From Candidatus Sericytochromatia bacterium (GTDB taxonomy: Bacteria > Cyanobacteriota > Sericytochromatia > S15B-MN24 > UBA4093), in assembly GCA_036676985.1 (NCBI GenBank), contig JAKFBU010000023.1:261510-325509 (forward strand): 64,000 bases of DNA, in the 5' to 3' direction. Each line of letters begins with the position of its first letter. Position 1 is the stretch's first letter. Under the pieces are notes generated by a model. That model saw nothing but the letters and a program-made list of their open reading frames with translations. It was not told the origin of the DNA and did no database searches. A program made the translations under genes and the position numbers. This document shows positions 11,061 to 20,116 of the stretch, one piece after another.

Positions 11061-11525
11061 TTACATGGTGGGAAGGTAAGCCGCCAGTTTCTCGAGCGTC
11101 TGCATCCCGAGCTCCACGGCGCCGAACTTGATGACCTCCGCGCGCTGCTCGGCCGTGTTGAAGACCGAGGTCTGCGTGACGCGGGTCTTGCCGCCCTCGT
11201 CCTCGAAGGTGATCGTCACGTGGAACGTGCCCTCATCATGCTCGTCCGCGCCATGGTCGTAGACCAGGCGCTCGGGCCGGACGACCTCCCGGTACACGAT
11301 CAGGTTGGGGAAGGTCCCGTACTCGGCATGGGTCATGGTGAACCGCCAAACGCCGCCCGGCCGCACATCCATCTCATGCGTCGTGGTCGAGAAGCCGTTG
11401 GGCCCCCACCACCTGGAAACGTGCTGCGGCTCGGTGTAGGCCGTGAAGACCAGGTCGCGCGGGGCCTCGACGACCCGCGTCAGGACGATTTCGCGCTCAG
11501 CGGCGCTCTGCGTGGCTTGAGTCAT
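11061..11525 (-). CDS. SRPBCC/AHSA1-domain protein
   Basis: EIVLTRVVEAPRDLVF, WWGP, DVRPGG; coupled to ArsR gene. Confidence 0.9.
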   Translation of the reverse strand: MTQATQSAAEREIVLTRVVEAPRDLVFTAYTEPQHVSRWWGPNGFSTTTHEMDVRPGGVWRFTMTHAEYGTFPNLIVYREVVRPERLVYDHGADEHDEGTFHVTITFEDEGGKTRVTQTSVFNTAEQRAEVIKFGAVELGMQTLEKLAAYLPTM

Positions 11526-11868
11526 GGTTCCTCTCTTCTCTCGAATTGGACTGCACGCTCGCGAGGTAGTCCTCCAGGCGATCCATGCTCTCTTCCCAGT
11601 AGCGGCGGTACTCGTCCACCCACCGGGCGACCTCCTGGAGGGGCTGGGGCTCTAGCCGGCAAGGGCGCCACTGCGCCTCCTTGGCCCGCGAGATGAGGCC
11701 CGCCCGCTCGAGGACCTTGAGGTGCTTGGTGATGGCGGGAAGGGTCATGTCGAAGGGCTTGGCGAGCTCCGTCACCGTCGCCTCGCCCCCGGCGAGGCGC
11801 TTGAGGATGGCGCGGCGCGTGGGATCTGCCAGGGCCATGAAGAGGACGTCGAGTCGCTCGGCGGACAT
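11497..11868 (-). CDS. ArsR/SmtB family regulator
   Basis: ALADPTRRAIL, TKHLKVLERAGLI. Confidence 0.92.
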   Translation of the reverse strand: MSAERLDVLFMALADPTRRAILKRLAGGEATVTELAKPFDMTLPAITKHLKVLERAGLISRAKEAQWRPCRLEPQPLQEVARWVDEYRRYWEESMDRLEDYLASVQSNSREERNHDSSHAERR

Positions 11869-11870
11869 AC

Positions 11871-11902
11871 TTAACCTCCTGGTTACTTAACCAGTTAGTA
11901 AA
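11871..11902. promoter_or_regulatory. Probable ArsR autoregulatory operator, two sites
   Basis: TAACC-N4-GGTTA (11872-11885) over the RBS and degenerate TAACC-N4-AGTAA (11888-11901). Confidence 0.6.
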
Positions 11903-11934
11903 CTACACGCAGTGACGCTCGGGTGTCAAGCCAT

Positions 11935-11964
11935 GAAAAAAGCGCCGGCAGATGCCGGCGCTTC
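11935..11964 (-). terminator. Intrinsic terminator
   Basis: AAGCGCCGGCA-GA-TGCCGGCGCTT followed by a T-run on the minus strand. Confidence 0.75.
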
Positions 11965-11977
11965 CGGAAGCGTTGGG

Positions 11978-12772
11978 TTACTTGCCGAGCATCTTGGCGG
12001 CAGCACCGACCTTCGAGAGCTGCATGACGCCGGTCTCGACCTTGCCGTCGTCCGAGTCGGTGACGCTGTACTTGACCACGCCGCCCGGCACCTCGTCCGA
12101 GAGCCACCAATCCACCGAGCCGCCGCCCGACGCGTAGCGGACGTGGCGAGTCTTGAAGGTGCCGGCCGGGACCTTGACCGTCTCGGTGCCGACGGTCGCC
12201 CCCTTGAGGCTCTCGGCCGTCAGGCGCGCCGAGGGACGCAAGGTCCACGAGCCCTTGTTCTCTTCGGTGATGGGCACCTCGGAGAGCGCGTCCTGGCCGG
12301 GGAACTTGGCGCGCATGCGCACGATCTGCTGGACTCCCGACTTGTCCGGCACCGAGAAGAGGGCCTCGACGACGGCTTCTTCGGAGCCATCCTTCTTGGA
12401 GGAGCGCACGCGCCACCACTCCTTGCCGTCGGCCTCCTTCTTCAGGAAGGCCTTCTCGAAGCGCTCGCCCTGCGAGAGGTCCGAGCCCTCCCAGAGGGTG
12501 AATTCGCCTGGCTTGTAGGCCTTGCCCTGCCAGGTGTAGCCGCCGTAGTAGTAGAGCATCGAGAAGAGGCCCATGGCGTAGGCCTGCGTGAGCTCGGGGG
12601 TCATGTAGTAGCGGGTGGCGGAGCCGGCGATGGCCGAGCCGACGCGATCGCCGATCATCGAGCCGGCCTTGTTGCCCGCCGAGTTCATGGCGCTGTCCAG
12701 GAAGGACGAGAACAACGCGCAGCCGCTCACCAGGGAGGGCACGACGAGGGACAGGACCAGGACACGCTTCAT
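11978..12772 (-). CDS. Hypothetical lipoprotein
   Basis: GAGGAG RBS then MKRVLVL...LVSGC lipobox; C-terminal ETVKVPAGTF segment (DUF3108-like). Confidence 0.75.
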   Translation of the reverse strand: MKRVLVLSLVVPSLVSGCALFSSFLDSAMNSAGNKAGSMIGDRVGSAIAGSATRYYMTPELTQAYAMGLFSMLYYYGGYTWQGKAYKPGEFTLWEGSDLSQGERFEKAFLKKEADGKEWWRVRSSKKDGSEEAVVEALFSVPDKSGVQQIVRMRAKFPGQDALSEVPITEENKGSWTLRPSARLTAESLKGATVGTETVKVPAGTFKTRHVRYASGGGSVDWWLSDEVPGGVVKYSVTDSDDGKVETGVMQLSKVGAAAKMLGK

Positions 12773-12982
12773 GGCTACTCCTCTTGGGCGACGGGCCCGG
12801 ATCGTTCCGGGGGAAGGGACGGATTCTAAGTACCCGAAAGCTTGCTCGTCTATTAGCCTTCCGGGCGGCACGCATCGGTTCGTCCGTGTAGCCGCCCTTG
12901 ACATCTATAAGCAAGCGAGGGATGGTCTTGGTATCAAACGTACCACTGTAGGGCCTGCCCCTACTCAAGGAGGACTACCACT

Positions 12983-13753
12983 ATGCGGTCATCATCTTGT
13001 CTCATTGCCCTGGCGCTTGTCATGACGAGCGTGAGCCCGGCCTTCGCCCAGATGCGCACCAGCGCCCCCAAGGGCACCGCCGCCGCCACCCCGGCCACGG
13101 GCGGTGTGGCGACTGGCGACGACCAGTTCCGTCCTACCCGAATCCTCGGCGTTGAGCGCGCCCAGGTGCTCGCGGACGGCAACGCCCACATGGGCTTCGG
13201 CGGCCTCAGCGTCGCCATGGGCCTCGGCAACAACATGGAAGTCGGCGGTGGCGCGGGCCTGAACCTCGGCCTGACCCCCTTCAGCCTGGGCATCCCCGTT
13301 GCCGTCTACGGCAAGATGCTTTTGCCCATGCTCAACCTGATGCCCAACATGACGGCGGCCCTGGGCGCCCAGGCGAACGTCAACGTCGCCAGCACCGGCC
13401 TCGGCTTCGGCGCGGGCGTCTTCCTGCCCCTGTCCTTCTGGCGCCTGGGCCCCGGCAACCTGCACATCGTGCCGGGCATCGGCACCACCGCGGGCCTGGG
13501 TATCGGTTACGAGCTGCCCCTGATGCCCAAGTGGTCGCTGCTCATCGCCAACAACTCGACGGTGACCTTCGGCCCCACGACGGCCGTCTCGAACGGTCTG
13601 TCGGTCGGCAGCCGCGTGGCGCTGACGCCGAACCTCACGGCGGATGTCGGCAGCATCTCCCTGACGGGGACCAACCTCACGGTCAACCTGTTCGCCATCG
13701 GCGGCACCTTCGGCGGCCGCGTGGGCGACCTGCGCTCGGCCTGGGGCCTCTAG
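12983..13753 (+). CDS. Secreted Gly-rich beta-strand protein, possibly outer-membrane
   Basis: AAGGAGG RBS, signal peptide ending AFA, alternating hydrophobic strands. Confidence 0.65.
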   Translation: MRSSSCLIALALVMTSVSPAFAQMRTSAPKGTAAATPATGGVATGDDQFRPTRILGVERAQVLADGNAHMGFGGLSVAMGLGNNMEVGGGAGLNLGLTPFSLGIPVAVYGKMLLPMLNLMPNMTAALGAQANVNVASTGLGFGAGVFLPLSFWRLGPGNLHIVPGIGTTAGLGIGYELPLMPKWSLLIANNSTVTFGPTTAVSNGLSVGSRVALTPNLTADVGSISLTGTNLTVNLFAIGGTFGGRVGDLRSAWGL

Positions 13754-13764
13754 GCCTTAACCTG

Positions 13765-13798
13765 AAAGCCCCGGGACCTCACGGTCCCGGGGCTTTTT
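13765..13798 (+). terminator. Intrinsic terminator
   Basis: AAAGCCCCGGGACC-TCAC-GGTCCCGGGGCTTTTT. Confidence 0.85.
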
Positions 13799-13852
13799 CG
13801 TTGCGTGGCTCCAAGATCCCACCAAGCAACCTTGCCCCCACCTGGCCATGAT

Positions 13853-13878
13853 CTTCCCCCCCTCTAGAGGGGGGGAAG
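13853..13878. repeat. Perfect 26-bp palindrome
   Basis: CTT-C7-TCTAGA-G7-AAG. Confidence 0.75.
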
Positions 13879-13940
13879 CCTCCGAGCGGGGAAATGCCAG
13901 GGCCAGGGTCTGTTGACTTGCATGGGCCCCCAAAAGGGAA

Positions 13941-13966
13941 GCGGGGGCTCCGTTCGGAGCCCCCGC
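13941..13966 (-). terminator. Hairpin after S8 protease gene
   Basis: GCGGGGGCTCCG-TT-CGGAGCCCCCGC. Confidence 0.65.
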
Positions 13967-13981
13967 TGGGATGAATCCCGA

Positions 13982-15163
13982 TTACTTGTTGACCGCCTGC
14001 AGCGCGTCGACGCGGCCGTGGCCGAAGTACTTGTCGAAGCCCTTGTCGCCCAGGTCGGCGACGCTCGCCTCGAGGGCCTTGCGAACCTGCTCGCGGTTCC
14101 ACTCGGGGTGCTGGCTGCGGATGAGGCCCGCGACGCCGGCCGCGAAGGGCGAAGCCATCGAGGTGCCGCTCATCGTCTTGTAGCCGCCGGGAACGGTCGA
14201 GAGGATGTTCACGCCAGGGGCCGCGACCGAGACCGTGGTGCCCCAGTTCGAGAAGGAAGCCTTCTTGTCCTGGTTGTCGGTGGCCGCCACCTCGATCACG
14301 CCGGGGTAGGTCGAGGGGAGGTGCGGGGCGGTCGTGGGGTCGTTCTGGGCGTTGTTGTTGCCGGCCGAGGCGACCAGGACGATGTCCTTGTCGAGGGCGT
14401 ACTGGAGGGCATCCTCCACGACCTTCGACTTCTTGTAGAGGCCGAGGCTCATGGTCATGACCTTGGCGCCGTTGTCGGCCGCCCAGACGATGCCGTCGGC
14501 GATCGACTGCTCGCTGCCGCCGCCATTGGAGTCGAGCACCTGGACCATCATGAGGCCGCAGTTGGGGGCCACGCCGGCGACACCCTCACCGTTGCCCACG
14601 GCCGCCGCGGCGATACCCGAGCAGTGCGTGCCGTGACCCTGCATGTCCTTGACGTCGGCCGACTTGGTGAAGACGTTCCAGGTCTTGACGAGCTTGCTCT
14701 TGAGGTCGGGGTGGTTCATGTCGACGCCGGTGTCGATGACGGCGATGACGGTCTTCATGTCACCCTTGGAGACGTCCCAGGCCTTGATGGCGTTGGTGAT
14801 GTTGAGCGAGTACTGCTCCTTGAGACGCGGATCGTTGTAGTCGTCGAGCACCACGCGGCTGTTGGTCGACGCGTAGCGGACCGAGTACTTGCCCTTGATG
14901 TCTGAGACGACCTGCTCGGGGGTCATGTCCGAGGGAACCGCCAGGACGGTCGCGTTGATGCCGCGGATGGTCTTCTTGACCTTGTACTTCAGGCCGCTGG
15001 GCTGCTGGTTGAAGCCGACCACGACCTCGGTCCGCGAGACGCCGTCCGCCCGGAACTCGTTGTCGGCGGCGGTGCGGTTGATGGACGTGTTGGCGCCGGG
15101 GATGCCGCAACCGGCAAGCAGCGAGACGGCGAGCGTGCTGGCGACCAAGGACAACTTCTTCAT
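13982..15163 (-). CDS. S8 subtilase (thermitase-like) lipoprotein
   Basis: LLAGC lipobox; triad VIDTG / HGTH / GTSMASP. Confidence 0.93.
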   Translation of the reverse strand: MKKLSLVASTLAVSLLAGCGIPGANTSINRTAADNEFRADGVSRTEVVVGFNQQPSGLKYKVKKTIRGINATVLAVPSDMTPEQVVSDIKGKYSVRYASTNSRVVLDDYNDPRLKEQYSLNITNAIKAWDVSKGDMKTVIAVIDTGVDMNHPDLKSKLVKTWNVFTKSADVKDMQGHGTHCSGIAAAAVGNGEGVAGVAPNCGLMMVQVLDSNGGGSEQSIADGIVWAADNGAKVMTMSLGLYKKSKVVEDALQYALDKDIVLVASAGNNNAQNDPTTAPHLPSTYPGVIEVAATDNQDKKASFSNWGTTVSVAAPGVNILSTVPGGYKTMSGTSMASPFAAGVAGLIRSQHPEWNREQVRKALEASVADLGDKGFDKYFGHGRVDALQAVNK

Positions 15164-15240
15164 CCGGGCATTCCTCTCTTGCAGGGGGGGAAGCGTTTGT
15201 TAAAAACATCCTAGCAAGGTTAAATCCATTTTGCAATCCC

Positions 15241-15274
15241 TTAATCCAGGATTAACGATTTAATTTTCTCTTAA
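15241..15274. promoter_or_regulatory. Two TTAA-N7-TTAA boxes upstream of the S8 gene
   Basis: TTAAtccaggaTTAA (15241-15255), TTAAttttctcTTAA (15260-15274). Confidence 0.5.
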
Positions 15275-15334
15275 TCTTCAGACCAAAGGCCCCCGGTCAG
15301 GCATAAGCCTGACCGGGGGCCGATCGTGGGGCGA

Positions 15335-16729
15335 TTACTGGATCAGCTGGCTCTTGTCGACGGTGACCACGGGCCCGTAGGGGGCCAGCACCTTCTCCAG
15401 GGCCGCCGGGCGCCCCACGACCGTCACGAGCCGGTGCGCGGGGTCGTAGTACTTGCGCATGACCCGCTGCACGTCCTTGGCGGTGACGGCCTGGATGCGC
15501 TCGACGAAGCGGTCGAAGTAGTCCGCCGGCAGGCCGTAGAAGACGACGGCGCCCACCATGTTCGCGAGGTCCGAGTTGGCCTCGAGGTTCCGCGGGAAGC
15601 TGCCGAGGAAGTAGCGCTTGACGGCCGCGAGCTCGCCGGCCGAAACCGGGCGTTTGCGCATGTCGTCCACTTGAGCCAGGACGGTCTTGAGCGCCTGGGC
15701 GGCCGACTCCTCCTTGGTCTGGAGGCCGATCACGTTGACACCGGAGTCCAGGCGCAGCATGTTGGAGGCATGGACGCTGTAAGCGAGACCCTGCTCCTCG
15801 CGCACGTTCTTATAGAGGCGACTCAGGTAGCCGCCGCCTAGGATCTGGGTGGCCACCACGAGCGGAAAGTAATCCGGGTGGTTGCGCTTGATGGACGGGA
15901 AGCCCACGCTGATGTTGGCCTGCGTGAGCTCCATGGGAACCAGGCGCGCGCCCTTCCAGCCCGTGGGCTTGGGGCTCTCCACCGCCTTGAGGGGGGCGCC
16001 CGCGGGGTTCTTCCAGTCCTGGAAGGGCTTTGCGAAGCGCGCCTTCACCTCGGCAGGCGTGATGTCCCCCACGACCACCATGAAGCTGTTGTCCGGGCGG
16101 TAGTGGGTCTGGTAGAAGCGCTGGACGGCGGACTGCTGAAGAGCCGACACGGCTGCTAGCCCCCCGTCGAGCGGGCGGCCGTAGGCCGATTGGCCGAACA
16201 GGCCCTGGCGGGCGGACATACCCGTCACCTCGCCCGGGTCGTCCAGGGCCGAGCGCAGGCCGGCCGTCTCGAGGGTCTTGCCCTTCTCCAGTTCGGCGGC
16301 CGGGAAGGTGGGATGGCTCACGACGTCGCCCATGAGATCCAGGCCCTTATCGAGGTCTCCCTTGAGGACGTTGAGCTCGACCTCGGACTTGTCGCTGTCG
16401 GCCCCGGCCCCCAGGCTCGCGCCCAAAGCGTCGATCTCGTCGGCGATCGCCTGAGCCGTGCGCCGCTGGGTGCCCTTGGTGAGGAGGGCGGCCGTCATGT
16501 GGGCGAGGCCGTGCTCGTTGGAGGCCTCATGGATGGCGCCCGAGCGGATGACGAGGTTGGCCGAGACGATGGGCAGGTCGTGCCGCTCGACGACGTACAC
16601 CGGCAGGCCGTTCGCCAACGTGAGGCGGGTCGGGCGCGGTGCGAGGCTCTTGGCCTCGGCGGGCTGAAGAGCCGCAGGCAGGGCGACGGCCGTCGCCACG
16701 GCCAGAGCGAGGATGGGACGGGCGATCAC
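15335..16729 (-). CDS. M16B peptidase, non-catalytic partner subunit
   Basis: GTG 16729 overlaps upstream stop; signal peptide; lacks HxxEH; SRLYKNVREEQGLAY. Confidence 0.88.
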   Translation of the reverse strand: MIARPILALAVATAVALPAALQPAEAKSLAPRPTRLTLANGLPVYVVERHDLPIVSANLVIRSGAIHEASNEHGLAHMTAALLTKGTQRRTAQAIADEIDALGASLGAGADSDKSEVELNVLKGDLDKGLDLMGDVVSHPTFPAAELEKGKTLETAGLRSALDDPGEVTGMSARQGLFGQSAYGRPLDGGLAAVSALQQSAVQRFYQTHYRPDNSFMVVVGDITPAEVKARFAKPFQDWKNPAGAPLKAVESPKPTGWKGARLVPMELTQANISVGFPSIKRNHPDYFPLVVATQILGGGYLSRLYKNVREEQGLAYSVHASNMLRLDSGVNVIGLQTKEESAAQALKTVLAQVDDMRKRPVSAGELAAVKRYFLGSFPRNLEANSDLANMVGAVVFYGLPADYFDRFVERIQAVTAKDVQRVMRKYYDPAHRLVTVVGRPAALEKVLAPYGPVVTVDKSQLIQ

Positions 16730-18051
16730 TTCTGGGCCTCCTTCGGAACGAGCGTGACGACCGAGCGGTTGTCCTTCTGGAAGTAGGTCTTGGCGACCCG
16801 CTGGATATCCTGGGCCTTGACCCGGCGGATGTTGTCGACGTAGGTCAAGAGGAGGCGATGATCCTTGACCGTCTCGTAGAAGCCCAGCTGGAAGCCCAGG
16901 GAGCTTGCGCGCTGCTGCCCCATGATGAACTCCGACTCGATCTGCTTGCGGGCCTTGGCGAGCTCCTGCTCGGTCACGGGCTCGTGCTTCAGGCGATCCA
17001 GCTCCCGGTACATGGCCGTCTCGAGCTCGGCGGTGGTGTGCCCGGGCGTGGGCATGGCCGCCATGTAGAAGAGTCCGGGATCCTTGTTCTCGCCGGCCCA
17101 GGCCTGGACCGACTGGGCGATCTGGGTCTGGTCGACCATCGAGCGGTAGAGGCGCGAGGACTCGCCCCGGCTCAGGAGGTTGGCCGCCACGAGCAGGGGG
17201 TAGAGGTCCGGATTCCCCACCTGCGGAATCTTGAAGGCCGCCATGACCGCGGGCGTCTCGACTTCCTTGACGAGCTCCGTCCGGTGCTCGCCGTTCTGTT
17301 TCGGCTCGACGGTGCGGACCGGAGGCGGGGTGGGCCCCGCCTTGATGGGGCCGAAGTGCTTGCGGATGAGGCGCATGGCGTTCTTCGGGTCGAAGTCGCC
17401 GACCAGCACCAGGGTGGCGTTGTTGGGGTGGTAGTAGGTCTTGTGGAACTCGACCACGTCCTGGCGGGTCATGCCCAGGAGGTCGCTCATCCAGCCTACC
17501 ACGGGCCAGTGGTACGGGTGAGCGATGTAGGCCGTCGCCCCGATGAGCTCGAACATCATGCCGATGGGCGAGTTCTCGGTTCGCAGGCGGCGCTCTTCCA
17601 TGACCACCTGCTTCTCGGAGTCGAACTTGTTGGCCGGGAAGGTCAGGTTGGCGAGCGAGTCCGCCTCCAGATCGATGGCGCGCTCCAAGTGCTCGCTGGC
17701 CATCTCCACGTAGTAGTCCGTGAAGTCCTCGCTGGTGCTGGCGTTGTCCTCGCCGCCGTAGCTCTCGACCTCGCGGTCGTAGGCTCCGGTCGGGCGCTTC
17801 TTGGTGCCCAGATAATGCATGTGCTCCAGGAGGTGGGCGATACCCGTGATACCCGGGCGCTCGTTGCGCGAGCCGACCTTGTACCACATCTGGAGGCTGA
17901 ACACCGGGACCTTGTGGTTTTCGACCATCAGGATCTTGAGGCCGTTGGGGAGCTTGGCCTCCTGGACCTTGATGGCGGGCGCCGCGTTGGCGGCGAGCGG
18001 CATCGAGAGCGCGAGCGTCAGCGCCAAGGCCGTGAACGTGCGTCGAATCAT
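16726..18051 (-). CDS. M16B zinc peptidase, catalytic subunit
   Basis: Signal peptide; LPNGL; HLLEH motif; VMEERR. Confidence 0.92.
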   Translation of the reverse strand: MIRRTFTALALTLALSMPLAANAAPAIKVQEAKLPNGLKILMVENHKVPVFSLQMWYKVGSRNERPGITGIAHLLEHMHYLGTKKRPTGAYDREVESYGGEDNASTSEDFTDYYVEMASEHLERAIDLEADSLANLTFPANKFDSEKQVVMEERRLRTENSPIGMMFELIGATAYIAHPYHWPVVGWMSDLLGMTRQDVVEFHKTYYHPNNATLVLVGDFDPKNAMRLIRKHFGPIKAGPTPPPVRTVEPKQNGEHRTELVKEVETPAVMAAFKIPQVGNPDLYPLLVAANLLSRGESSRLYRSMVDQTQIAQSVQAWAGENKDPGLFYMAAMPTPGHTTAELETAMYRELDRLKHEPVTEQELAKARKQIESEFIMGQQRASSLGFQLGFYETVKDHRLLLTYVDNIRRVKAQDIQRVAKTYFQKDNRSVVTLVPKEAQK

Positions 18052-18266
18052 GCGGACCTTCTTCGTGCGATGAACATGGATGACGCTACATCCTACCTCC
18101 CGCTCCCCGCCCCTACCAGCGATCGCATGTCATCCCCCCGTCCGGCGGCTCGAACACGGGGCAGCGAGGCGGCTGCACCCCCCAATGCCGTGATATCCAA
18201 CGAACCTTCCGTTGTGATACGCTACGCACAAGCACAGCGTGGTGTTTTCCCAACGGAGGTGACGCG

Positions 18267-19934
18267 ATGGAACAAGCAGTGGAACGGATCTGGCTCGAGC
18301 ACTACCCGACCGGCATTTCCGCGACGATCGACGCCGACCGCCATGCCTCGATCCCGGCCGCCGTGGACGAGGCCGTCCAGCGGTTCGCGACCCTTCCGGC
18401 CTTCGAGAACATGGGCAAGGTGCTCACCTATGCGGAAATGGACCGCCTCTCCAAGCAGTTCGCGTCCTATCTGCAGCACGTCGTCGGCCTGAAGAAGGGC
18501 GATCGCATCGCCCTCCAGATGCCGAACCTCCTCCAGTACCCGGTGGCCATGATGGGCGCCTTGCGGGCGGGACTCGTCGTCGTCAACACCAACCCGCTCT
18601 ACACGCCGCACGAGATGCGCCACCAGTTCAAGGACTCGGGCGCCAAGGCCATCGTCATCCTCGCGAACTTCGCCAAGCACCTGGAGACCATCCTCCCCGA
18701 GACGGCCATCGAGACGGTGATCGTCACCGAGGTGGGCGACCTCCTGGGGTTCCCCAAGGCTGCCATCGTCAACCTCGCGGCCAAGCACCTCAAGAAGATG
18801 GTGCCCCCGTACCACCTGCCCAAGGCGGTGGCCTTCACCGACGCCCTCAAGCTCGGCGAGAGCCGCCCCTACCAGCCGGTGGAGCTCGGCGGCTCGGACA
18901 TCGCCTTCCTGCAGTACACGGGCGGGACCACGGGTATTTCCAAGGGCGCCATCCTCACGCACCGCAACATCATCGCCAACCAGCTGCAGATCGCCTCCTG
19001 GATGTCGCAGCTCTTGGTCGCGGGCAAGGAGATCATCGTCACCCCGCTGCCCCTCTACCACATCTTCTCCCTGACGGTGAACTGCCTGGCGTTCATGTCC
19101 TACGGCGCGCACAACGTGCTCATCACCAACCCCAAGGACCTGCCGGCCTTCATCAAGGAGCTGAAGAAGCATCGCTTCACGGTGCTGACGGGCGTCAACA
19201 CCCTCTTCAACGGCCTCTTGAACCACCCCGACTTCAAGGAGGTGGACTTCAAGCCGGTGAAGGTGACGGTGGGCGGCGCCATGGCCGTCCAGCGCGCGGT
19301 CGCCGAGCGATGGAAACAGCTGACGGGCAACACGCTCATCGAGGGCTACGGCCTCACGGAGGCGTCCCCGGTCGTCTCGTGCAACCCCATCACCGGCGGC
19401 GAGCGGATCGGCACCATCGGCATGCCGCTGCCCTCGACCGACGTGATCATCGTGGACGAGAACGGCGTCGAGGTCCCGCAGGGGCAGGAGGGCGAGCTCT
19501 GCGTGCGCGGCCCGCAGGTAATGCGCGGCTACTGGGAGCGGCCCGAGGAGACGGCCAAGGTTCTCAAGGAGGGCTGGCTGTACACGGGCGACATGGCCAT
19601 CTTCGAGCCCGACGGTTACCTCAGGATCGTGGACCGCAAGAAGGACATGATCCTGGTGTCGGGCTTCAACGTCTATCCCAACGAGGTCGAGGACGTGCTC
19701 GCCATGCACCCGAAGGTGCTGGAGTCGGCGGTCATCGGCGTGCCGGACGACGCCGCTGGTGAGGTGGTCAAGGCCTTCATCGTGAAGCGCGACCCGTCGT
19801 TGACCGACGAGGAGGTCTTTGCCCACTGCCGCGAGTACCTCACGAACTACAAGCGGCCGAAGATCATCGAGTACCGTACGGAGCTGCCCAAGACCAACGT
19901 GGGCAAGGTATTACGCAGAGCCCTACGGGACTAG
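18267..19934 (+). CDS. fadD: Long-chain fatty acid--CoA ligase
   Basis: YTGGTTGISKG, GYGLTE, TGD, DRKKDMI, VGKVLRR. Confidence 0.92.
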   Translation: MEQAVERIWLEHYPTGISATIDADRHASIPAAVDEAVQRFATLPAFENMGKVLTYAEMDRLSKQFASYLQHVVGLKKGDRIALQMPNLLQYPVAMMGALRAGLVVVNTNPLYTPHEMRHQFKDSGAKAIVILANFAKHLETILPETAIETVIVTEVGDLLGFPKAAIVNLAAKHLKKMVPPYHLPKAVAFTDALKLGESRPYQPVELGGSDIAFLQYTGGTTGISKGAILTHRNIIANQLQIASWMSQLLVAGKEIIVTPLPLYHIFSLTVNCLAFMSYGAHNVLITNPKDLPAFIKELKKHRFTVLTGVNTLFNGLLNHPDFKEVDFKPVKVTVGGAMAVQRAVAERWKQLTGNTLIEGYGLTEASPVVSCNPITGGERIGTIGMPLPSTDVIIVDENGVEVPQGQEGELCVRGPQVMRGYWERPEETAKVLKEGWLYTGDMAIFEPDGYLRIVDRKKDMILVSGFNVYPNEVEDVLAMHPKVLESAVIGVPDDAAGEVVKAFIVKRDPSLTDEEVFAHCREYLTNYKRPKIIEYRTELPKTNVGKVLRRALRD

Positions 19935-20116
19935 CTCGATCCCACCAGCTCGCGCCGGGCGGCCCTACGGGAAATTCCAAAGCCTCGCGAAGGCGATCGG
20001 TCGATTGGAATTTCCCTTCAGGCCACCCGGCGCTCGCCTTGTCACGCTCTCCGTCGACGCGTAGAGGAGCTAGCCTCGATTGGACTTTCAAGCCGTGATG
20101 ACGCCATAATCGAGGC

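Noticed and set aside
15335-17887. 850-aa M16 ORF as listed in the track
   Set aside because: Its N-terminal part is an out-of-frame overlap of the catalytic subunit; the real gene starts at GTG 16729
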